DNA of 64,000 nucleotides, taken from the NCBI GenBank assembly GCA_964187785.1, contig OZ076409.1, positions 36,334,001 through 36,398,000 of the forward strand, read 5' to 3'. This DNA is from Amphiscolops sp. MND2022. Taxonomy: Eukaryota. The notes under the pieces were generated by a model. The model was not told the DNA's origin, ran no database searches, and saw only the letters and a list, made by a program, of their open reading frames with translations. The translations under genes were made by a program, and so were the position numbers. Of the stretch, positions 23,901-31,339 are shown piece after piece (positions within the stretch are counted from its first letter, which is position 1; each line of letters starts with the position of its first letter).

Positions 23901-24998
23901 GTGGTAGATGTAATCCCACCCGGCTTATGCTTGGGACCTCAAGAACTGAAATGCTATAATTTCAACCACCAAGAACCCACCGGGGAAGCGCGAATAGATG
24001 AGCGTGCGTCGCTCGTTGTCTCCTTTGTGGTGCCCCATGCAGCACCTATCCCACTGCGAAGCCTAGTGGACACTGGTTCCGGAGTATCCATACTAACCTT
24101 CTCCGCCTTCAACCGGGTAGCTGCACGTACCGGAGCGGTCCTGAAACCCTATCAAATTGATTTGTACGCTGCCAATGGGAAGACAATAAAGACTTTCGGG
24201 TTTGCTGAGCAGATACGCTTCCAGTTGGGAGGGTATGAACTCGAAACCAATTTCGTCGTGGTAGATGACGCAATGGGCGTGGAGGACTTTCTGTTGGGTA
24301 GAAACTTCCTCCGTTCCTACCAAGTCTTGGTAGATCTGACCTCCATGAAGATAGTGGTGCGAGCACCCGTGAAGCCCGTCTGGCATCATGCACACACCCA
24401 GGTAGGTGACACTTCGTTAACTACCCCCATTACCCTGGACAGTGACCTAGTCCTACAGCCTTTCGAGCGTACAGTGGCAAAGGCCAAACTTGTCACCAAC
24501 GCGCTTGAACCATTAATTTTCCAGACCGTTGCGCTTAACGCCTCGTTGTCTGATCCCTCATTGCAAAATACCATCTTCTTAGAGGACAGCGTGGCCACTG
24601 TCAGTGAGACAGGAACACTGTATGTGAGCCTGGTAAACCTCACCAGCAACCAGCAGCGTGTACGATGTGGTGCCCACCTAGGCACGGTAGTGCCTGTGTC
24701 TCTAATATACCAGGCTGTGCCCCAAAAGCTGGATGCTACTGTGGAAGCTGACCACAAAAGTGAAGCCGACAACAGTCGAGCAAATTTTGTATATAAAGTG
24801 TACAGTGAAATGAATCTATCCACTGCTTCTGAGTTAACTTCTTCATCTGAATTTGAGTTTTTGTCTGCTACGGATCCAAGTGAAGCGGGGCTTTCGGAGC
24901 GCGAGATTCGCAAGCGCACCGATCCCGACCTATTGGCCCCGATCCCTGGGCCCGATTCTCAATTGCAAGAAGTCAAGAAAGAAACTCTGGGGCGCTAG
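20991..24998 (+). CDS. gag: Gag-protease polyprotein of the giant element
   Basis: First ATG at 20991 within the 1344-aa ORF. Likely coiled-coil N-terminal part, capsid-like region (RPNVYRGSKDGSIDGWILVMQRYL), two CX2CX4HX4C knuckles (23250, 23406), and retropepsin LVDTGS (24069)...LLGRNFL. Confidence 0.92.
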   Translation: MAVSHTGSQSWVTIEDSRFSDDMSDEVTIEQQRKKELAAMVPPSENSSVSANSCRTEQWVDETCRDRANEVEEGWPNSNVTDELAAEEGCSRAPPAGERQLGSQTDMEQDLTYVGGMSYARQRGLGTTRGPTRVCAYGKHKKMRPPILQVGEPRQEVPRVRSMTGSLASSQRSSVYKAALLDAQAETQRALAGLASTRAECNEQHLAIVENIKVMQTTMREGLQVSDQLRTAQNVQNARVDTLGHRIGEMNDTLMARELRVETQINDLSNQMHTVLNAIDVMRRERSLPRQPSASGGVRNGGTVRVSEPTCPSQVVKSELPSALKPSTSRPAVPAPRKDEGVAGNLVIATPEAERKPARVQMRGHHDSAESSMPSAIQSTTRDQGVDPMSTIYLDSSVEVDLSNTKATLGSQTEGATFATAPISMSGPDSLYLTADLLADHGLPSGTPCASSTRKKDEIADLSIQATLGSHDRTREGEAKADEGEAISPEQLRFTAAISKAMSKELAPLLAGRDLAQARPNVYRGSKDGSIDGWILVMQRYLKRTQTKVSAEDQAWSIIGHLEGEARNYIINKTESERDTPEKVFELLSSRFGAGGNRMQVRQAFQSRIQQEKEDWIQYLDALEGLRSQGFPQEAITTKRYEILQRFMEGVRDPGMRWELAIVYASEVFLTEPPTVESLRFTTRQLQRNRPKPNQFPQPYDPRLAMRSRPHPFAPLPPNKMVLPQGVMPPPPASNAPPNQAAVQPAARLPVGACYNCGQAGHFARDCPTRDQARKPVAAPEPEGVKVTAEDVTDGVLESYPGIHQCAHCGVYDHVDVPCSEHSQAPRPNDEMAYNRWAEVESAGVAAHTVPLEDDRVLMLHPAEPPAFHPPLIVTCGTKQIQTCLEPTTFNPQGRTLISIHLMLAAEQVRRPTLTLAKLWVELSVLYNRMELPRPKQWHVPGESETLTTYSPVPVCATMDGVDVKFEACVVVDVIPPGLCLGPQELKCYNFNHQEPTGEARIDERASLVVSFVVPHAAPIPLRSLVDTGSGVSILTFSAFNRVAARTGAVLKPYQIDLYAANGKTIKTFGFAEQIRFQLGGYELETNFVVVDDAMGVEDFLLGRNFLRSYQVLVDLTSMKIVVRAPVKPVWHHAHTQVGDTSLTTPITLDSDLVLQPFERTVAKAKLVTNALEPLIFQTVALNASLSDPSLQNTIFLEDSVATVSETGTLYVSLVNLTSNQQRVRCGAHLGTVVPVSLIYQAVPQKLDATVEADHKSEADNSRANFVYKVYSEMNLSTASELTSSSEFEFLSATDPSEAGLSEREIRKRTDPDLLAPIPGPDSQLQEVKKETLGR

Positions 24999-27900
24999 CG
25001 CCTGCGAGTCCTTAGACAACACTCTTAACGAGTTTGATGACCTATTCATGAAACGCAAGGCGGATATTGGCCGCTGTACCATTGCTAAACACACCATAGA
25101 GGTAGAGCCTGAGGCTGTACCGCACCGTGAAGGAGCTCGCAGAATGTCCCCCGAAAAGGCTGAACGAGCCAACCAGGAGGTTCGGAGCTTATTGGCCTTA
25201 GGGATGATACAACCTTCACTGTCCCCATGGGCAAGTGGTATCGTAATGGTAAAAAAGAAAAGCGGGGAGTTACGTTTTTGCTGTGACTTCCGATCGCTGA
25301 ATGAAGTAACCATTAAGGATGCCTACCCCCTGCCCCGTATCGATGAAAGCCTGGCGCGACTGGACAATGCAAAGATCTACACCAGCATAGATCTTGCCTG
25401 GGCTTTCTGGCAAATTCCCTTGCGAAAGGCGGACCGCCACAAAACAGCCTTTGCCTGTGAGTTGGGACTCTTTGAATGGCGAAGAATGCCATTTGGCTTA
25501 TGCAATGCATCAGCCACCTTCCAGCGAGCAATAGCGCGAGCGCTGCACAAAATAGTCAATCGCAAAGGCAGCATGGTCATGGCGTACATCGACGACATAG
25601 TTATAGCAACTGAGACTGTGGAAGACCAAATGGCGCGTTTGCGCGAGGTTTTTGAATGCCTCCGCGAAGCTGGCTTCAAGTTGCGCGTGGCCAAATGCGA
25701 CTTCATGAAACCAGAAATCAAATATCTGGGACGCGTGGTCTCAGCAGAAGGTGTCAAACCGGACCCGAAAGCTGTTGCCAAACTGCGCGATTGGGACATC
25801 CCCCGCAACAAAACTGAAATGCAAAGTTTCCTGGGATTCGCTAATTATTATCGCGAATTCATCCCGTGGCATGCCAAGCTGGTGGCGCCCCTCCACGCCG
25901 TTACGGGACTGAATGCCACGTTTGCATGGGGTCCTGACCAACAAAAAGCCTTCAACGAAATCAAGACAGCATTGATCGAGGCGACTGCGCTCGCGCAGCC
26001 TGATTCAGAAGGAGAGTTTGTGCTGGACACAGATGCCAGCGCTGTTGCCATTTCCGGTATCCTACACCAGTGGCAAGGAGCTCCAGGAGAGCGACGCCTA
26101 CGACCGGTCATATACGGCAGCAAGAAACTGACCACCACCCAAGCCAAATATGGGGCACCCAAGCTGGAGATGTTTGCTGCCTACTACTTCATCCTCAAGT
26201 ACCACAGCTACCTTTGTCCCCGAAAGTTCACCCTGAGAGTCGACAACCAAGCCCTATCCTGGTTGAAAACCTACTCCACGGACAAAGCATTGATTGGACG
26301 TTGGATTATGACACTGGACAGGTATCACTTTCGTGTGGAACACAGACCACGAACGCAACACCGCAATGCTGATGGCTTGAGCAAACGAACCAACGATTAT
26401 CGATGCCGAGAACAGCAGCTTGCGCAGCTGCCAGCTACTGGAGAGCGTTGGAACTTCCTCTCGGCCGAGGAATTCGACAACCTCCCCATAGCCCCATGGT
26501 TCGACCTGCAAGGTCGAATCATTCCAAATCATCCTGACCTACCACCGCATCTGCAGAACTTGGAGCCTAAGGCTCCTGACCAAGCACTCCGTGTGCTTCG
26601 CCGAGTGCAACGAGCGAACAAGCGAGAACGACAGGCGAAGGCGCTAGCCGCGCCTTTACCACCTCAGCCTCCACCCGTACTGCAAAAACACGAAGACTTC
26701 TACCCAGACTATCCTGAAGACTGGATAGACGTCACCACTGAGGCGAGTGAGGATTACCTGCTGCCAACACATGCAGTAAATGTCCCCTCGCGCACCATCT
26801 ATTCTGTGACGGGAACGAGTAACGCCATGCTACAGAACTCTCCTGGTGGCGTGCGCGAGTCGATCATGGCCCTCAAGGACATAGACACCGAGCTCCATGA
26901 ACACACTCATACCGTGCATGGGATCAAGGATTTGGTGTTAACCCAAAACCGCGATGTCCATGTGCTAGCGCTGAAAAAGCTCGTGCAGTGTGAATCCCTA
27001 GATAATGATGTGTTTCCCGAGAACGTGCGTGAGTTCGCACGTAATTACTTCCGCCAGAAAAAGGACCTCTTGTTCATAAACAAAAATGATGTCCTTTGCG
27101 TGCAATACTCCCCCACCCAACGCCCACTGCACGAACGTCCGTGCATGATCATAATGCCTCAGCTATACCAGCACGAGATTCTGTTCCGCGCGCACGACGC
27201 AATGGGACACCAAGGTATCTCAAAGGTAGTAGCTCGAATTCAAGAGCGCCACACCTGGCCCGGCATACAGCGCAGTGTCGGTCGGTACGTCGGCCAATGC
27301 CTCACCTGCCAACAAGTACGTGACAAGCCTGGCGACGTACGATTTCAACTGAAAAACATTCAGAGCGGCTACTTCAACGAGTTCGTCCAATATGACCACT
27401 TAAAAATCTGCCCCTCTGATAACAACAACACTGGCATTTTGTCCATCATCGACCATTTCTCCAAATTTGCAGAGGCAGTCCCTTGTAGTCATCATGACTA
27501 TGACGCAGTGACCACCTCACGATTGCTGCTGCAGAAATGGTTTGCCCGCCACGGCACCCCCACTCGCATGCAATCAGACAATGCTCCTAACCTTACTGCC
27601 GAAGTCTCTAATGAGTTCCTAAAGGCAGCTCACGTCACTAAGGTGACCTCCACCGCCGGACATCCACGAACTCAAGGCTTGGTGGAACGGCAAAACCGCA
27701 CCCTCTTAACCTTGTTGCGAGTCTTTTGCTCACGTCGCATGCGCGACTGGGACCAGTGCTTAGATGAAGTAATCGGTGCCTATAATTCCACCAGGCACGC
27801 CACTACAGGCTTCTCGCCCTATATGTTAACAAGGGGTGTTGAGAAAGCAATCCCCCTCACCTTTTTATACCCTGAATTTGCAGCCAAGTCCTTCGATGCG

Positions 27901-28413
27901 CATGAAGCATACGTGGATCATGTGTTGGCTCGCCAACAAGAAATTCACGACTTGGTCCGGCGCAATACGCACCAAGCCCAATTGCGCCAAAAGCTGAAAT
28001 ATGATCGTGCTATCCGAGCACGAGCTTACCAGCCGGGAGAGCTTGTCTGGGTTTTTTGCCGCTACGTGCCGCAAAAAGGCTCCCCAAAACTGATGCGCGC
28101 CTGGCGTGGCCCGAACAAAATAGTGCAAGTTTTTCAAGAAGGACATGTCTATGTATTGGACACAGGCCAAAAGGTTAATTTTGAGCGCCTGAAACCTCAT
28201 CATAGTGGGCCCCTTGAGCTCGCCACCGCGCAAGCGGACAGCGGCGAAATAGTGGTACTCATGGACCCTGACCCTGAACGTTCTGTTGAAGCAGTTGACG
28301 ACGATAAGTCCCAGCCTTCATATAAAACTGAACAACTACTTTCAGAAGCATCTGACGTGTCCTTGCCTCCGCGCAAGCAACATTGGATGGATACCCGTCT
28401 GCGCACAAAGTAA
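24853..28413 (+). CDS. pol: Pol: reverse transcriptase, RNase H, integrase (+1 frame relative to gag-pro)
   Basis: SPWASGIVMV, DFRSLN, MPFGL, YIDD (25585); RH DTDAS..NADGLS; IN HDAMGH..CLTC, D..D..E core (YDHL, SDNA, VERQN) and WRGP. Confidence 0.97.
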   Translation: MSFCLLRIQVKRGFRSARFASAPIPTYWPRSLGPILNCKKSRKKLWGASACESLDNTLNEFDDLFMKRKADIGRCTIAKHTIEVEPEAVPHREGARRMSPEKAERANQEVRSLLALGMIQPSLSPWASGIVMVKKKSGELRFCCDFRSLNEVTIKDAYPLPRIDESLARLDNAKIYTSIDLAWAFWQIPLRKADRHKTAFACELGLFEWRRMPFGLCNASATFQRAIARALHKIVNRKGSMVMAYIDDIVIATETVEDQMARLREVFECLREAGFKLRVAKCDFMKPEIKYLGRVVSAEGVKPDPKAVAKLRDWDIPRNKTEMQSFLGFANYYREFIPWHAKLVAPLHAVTGLNATFAWGPDQQKAFNEIKTALIEATALAQPDSEGEFVLDTDASAVAISGILHQWQGAPGERRLRPVIYGSKKLTTTQAKYGAPKLEMFAAYYFILKYHSYLCPRKFTLRVDNQALSWLKTYSTDKALIGRWIMTLDRYHFRVEHRPRTQHRNADGLSKRTNDYRCREQQLAQLPATGERWNFLSAEEFDNLPIAPWFDLQGRIIPNHPDLPPHLQNLEPKAPDQALRVLRRVQRANKRERQAKALAAPLPPQPPPVLQKHEDFYPDYPEDWIDVTTEASEDYLLPTHAVNVPSRTIYSVTGTSNAMLQNSPGGVRESIMALKDIDTELHEHTHTVHGIKDLVLTQNRDVHVLALKKLVQCESLDNDVFPENVREFARNYFRQKKDLLFINKNDVLCVQYSPTQRPLHERPCMIIMPQLYQHEILFRAHDAMGHQGISKVVARIQERHTWPGIQRSVGRYVGQCLTCQQVRDKPGDVRFQLKNIQSGYFNEFVQYDHLKICPSDNNNTGILSIIDHFSKFAEAVPCSHHDYDAVTTSRLLLQKWFARHGTPTRMQSDNAPNLTAEVSNEFLKAAHVTKVTSTAGHPRTQGLVERQNRTLLTLLRVFCSRRMRDWDQCLDEVIGAYNSTRHATTGFSPYMLTRGVEKAIPLTFLYPEFAAKSFDAHEAYVDHVLARQQEIHDLVRRNTHQAQLRQKLKYDRAIRARAYQPGELVWVFCRYVPQKGSPKLMRAWRGPNKIVQVFQEGHVYVLDTGQKVNFERLKPHHSGPLELATAQADSGEIVVLMDPDPERSVEAVDDDKSQPSYKTEQLLSEASDVSLPPRKQHWMDTRLRTK

Positions 28414-28431
28414 CGTGCTGGAGGTTCCCGC

Positions 28432-30351
28432 ATGCACTACCAGCAATTCGACTACTCAACTTCGGGCACTGACGACGAGTTGTCCGAAATCATGCTACCG
28501 GTACCTCCTGATCCCGTTGATGCTGATCGCAGGGAGCCCGAACCCCAACTCCCTTCAGACCAATCAACATCACCTACCCATCATCTGCCTCAACTATTCT
28601 CCGACCATGAGCGCGCGCGCTCTCCGTCACCACGAATATCCTCTCCCGAAAAACAGCCCTCCTTACTGGGAACATCGGCCCCACTACTGACAAATCCATC
28701 ACTAACGAGTTTCCTCAACAACTATCCCATTTGGCCGGCCGCTACTTGCCTTCCTCTGAAATCCGCCACTGAGGATGACGACGCTCAGTCCAATGTCCCT
28801 ACTCTTCCCACAACATTGCCCGGAGCGGGGACCGCTCCTTCTTTCAAAAGGGGGAGGGGGAGACCACCCAAAACGCGAAAAAGGCTGGTCAGAGCGAAGG
28901 CAAGAACGAGGAAGAAAGAAACAACAACAATAATGCCGTCGGAAACAGTAATACCGACCGAGACTTCTGAGGGTCCCCGATACCAGCTGAGAAGCAGGCG
29001 GCAGCCACGCTATAAGTGCGGGACCTGTGGGCTGCGAGACTGTGTTTGCTGGCTAGCCGTCAATGAGAACCGGAGGGTTCCCACTGGAGCCCGGGCAGTC
29101 CCTCCAGAGCGGGGAGAAAATCTAGTACATCGCCTTACGGTGAGAGCTGAAAAGACTTATTCCTCCCTGGAACGACACGGAGACCATCCCGTGGATACTA
29201 TCCTGGAGAAGTTATCACTACCTGGAGTACCGAAGGCCCCATGTCCTCGATTTAAGGAGTGGACTAGCGACGGAAAAGGGTTAGAGTTCACCCTCGCAAC
29301 GGTGATGCCCCCAGTACCCAGCAATATTGCGTTTGGACCCTTCAACTTCGAGCGGGAGCCTGTGCAAATGGTCCGATGCATCACCGCTGATCTTCTCTGT
29401 GACAAATACGGAATTCACGTGGATCCGGGCGGAGTATACAGCCCAGCGCCGCACTGGTGGTTGCTGGTCACTGCTCCACGAGTGGAGGCAATAGTGGAAC
29501 CATTGCACCTGCTGTCCTGCTTGGAAGGTCTGAGGACCCTCACTACCGCGGACTTGATACTTTGCTTCCACATCAAAGACTGGTATCGTGGCAAAGTGAA
29601 ATTCGCGTGGTGGTTGGAGCTGATCATCACTTGTTTCCCCAATTATCCTCGCATTAGATTGCTGGACGAGTGGACTCATACTTTCGAGATTCCGCTTCCT
29701 CCGAAAGCCGTTTTGAGCACCCTAGACACATGGGTTAGGGCGGGCAGTGATAATCGAGCGATGCCACGCTCGGTATGGCAAGACCTGGCTGCAATCCAGG
29801 GGCGTACGCCCCGCGTATGCTTGCTTGCCGACAATGGGCCGGGGAGAGAGATTATCTACCCGGGAATCCTGCATCCAGCCCCAACAGAGCACCTCTCATT
29901 AGATGTGACTGATTTTCTTCAAGTAGAAGGTGATATGGTGTTAGCGTGTCCCGCTGACCTAGAGACCAACTCAGCTGCCCTACGGTACGTGCTACGAGAA
30001 TGCGGCAAGGAGAATGTATTCTCCTTGCGTCCTAAGGTGGGGGAGATTCTCACCATTCCTCCCGATATCAACCCAAATCCCAATCAGAGTATTCACTTGC
30101 TAATAATCAGAGCAAACCAGCGTACGCCGCTGCTCACAGACGACTACCTACGTTGTATGACGCACTTGATACAGCGTTTGATGGAGAAAGGATCCACGAG
30201 GGTCCACCTACCTATACTGGACCCAGAGCGACCCGCCCTTTCATTGGTAAACTTATACCATACCCTAACGAATTTGCTGGAGGGCACCGGCATTCACGTG
30301 GTGCTGCATAACCGCGTGTATGTGTCCATTCTGAACATAGGGCTGGAGTAG
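28432..30351 (+). CDS. In-frame post-integrase ORF: AT-hook, Cys cluster, two TARG1/OARD1-like macrodomains
   Basis: 639-aa ORF in the pol frame, 18 nt after a single TAA. Contains KRGRGRPPK (28846), RYQLR, CGTC-GLRD-CVC, and two blocks (~29323-29670 and ~29890-30318) that align by eye to the TARG1 macro fold. Confidence 0.7.
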   Translation: MHYQQFDYSTSGTDDELSEIMLPVPPDPVDADRREPEPQLPSDQSTSPTHHLPQLFSDHERARSPSPRISSPEKQPSLLGTSAPLLTNPSLTSFLNNYPIWPAATCLPLKSATEDDDAQSNVPTLPTTLPGAGTAPSFKRGRGRPPKTRKRLVRAKARTRKKETTTIMPSETVIPTETSEGPRYQLRSRRQPRYKCGTCGLRDCVCWLAVNENRRVPTGARAVPPERGENLVHRLTVRAEKTYSSLERHGDHPVDTILEKLSLPGVPKAPCPRFKEWTSDGKGLEFTLATVMPPVPSNIAFGPFNFEREPVQMVRCITADLLCDKYGIHVDPGGVYSPAPHWWLLVTAPRVEAIVEPLHLLSCLEGLRTLTTADLILCFHIKDWYRGKVKFAWWLELIITCFPNYPRIRLLDEWTHTFEIPLPPKAVLSTLDTWVRAGSDNRAMPRSVWQDLAAIQGRTPRVCLLADNGPGREIIYPGILHPAPTEHLSLDVTDFLQVEGDMVLACPADLETNSAALRYVLRECGKENVFSLRPKVGEILTIPPDINPNPNQSIHLLIIRANQRTPLLTDDYLRCMTHLIQRLMEKGSTRVHLPILDPERPALSLVNLYHTLTNLLEGTGIHVVLHNRVYVSILNIGLE

Positions 30352-30719
30352 CCCACTCAAAACATTTTTGTTGCCCCCCTATTCAATTTACCCACCCGAT
30401 AATCGTTATGCCTGGGAGGAAGTCTTAAACCATCCCATGAAATGATTACATTGTAACGTAGCGTTAGATAACTTCTATCTTTGTGTTCTAATTAGTTAGT
30501 TGAACTACAATTTAAACTTGTTGCGGTTCCCCTATGGAACCATCTTTGTACTATTGCTGCTGAGCGATGAGCCTTAAGCTCTCCCCACAATGCACTGGGT
30601 AAGCCTAACGGTTATCCTTTTTAGACCTATGATATAATGGCTTATTACCCCAACAACACGGTACCTTTTACGACGGGACCTCACGCCAATAGGACTCAAG
30701 AATTGCCTGCGCGAGCGCA

Positions 30720-31157
30720 GTGGCCGCCCTACTCACCCAACTAGACACAATGCAGACGCTGCCGGGCGTATCCGTGTCTCTGGTGACGGAAGTAGCCGGT
30801 TACCGTCGCACCCTAACCTGCCAAAACAATGCGTGGGATGGCCACGATCTGACGCACCAGTTCCTGGATGAACGTTCTACCACAATGCTCGGGCCCAGCC
30901 AAGGCACGAGATTCGAGCAAGAAGCCTCACTTTGTATGGTGCCTGCCAGCGTAGCAACAATGCCTCCTCCTCAGATGGTCGCATTGCCCCCACCAGCACC
31001 AAATCCAGGACCAATGACGCCAACTTATTCCGGTTCGCCTGCCTTTGGAACCTCATATCGAGCACCACACATGGTACTGCAAACCACTACTAATGCACCA
31101 GTCTCTGATCGGGAGCCCTCGGGTCCCGGTTACCACCCATACCCAACCCAGAGCTGA
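30720..31157 (+). CDS. Small Pro-rich accessory ORF of unknown function (start uncertain)
   Basis: 145 open codons with the same GC-rich composition as the other element ORFs. No recognised domain; may be a disrupted N-terminus of the downstream ORF. Confidence 0.4.
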   Translation: MAALLTQLDTMQTLPGVSVSLVTEVAGYRRTLTCQNNAWDGHDLTHQFLDERSTTMLGPSQGTRFEQEASLCMVPASVATMPPPQMVALPPPAPNPGPMTPTYSGSPAFGTSYRAPHMVLQTTTNAPVSDREPSGPGYHPYPTQS

Positions 31158-31339
31158 CGGGAAGGAGTACCAGCGAACAGGCCGTAATTGTGGCCTTGCA
31201 AGCAGTGGCGAACCATCCCAACTCCACCGATTTCGTCCGTGCCGTGGAGCAGAGAATCCCTGGACTAGCCACGTATCTGCAAGCTGCTGCTTAGCCCGCG
31301 GGCTGTGACCCTCCTGCGCCCCTAGTCGAAACGGCATCT

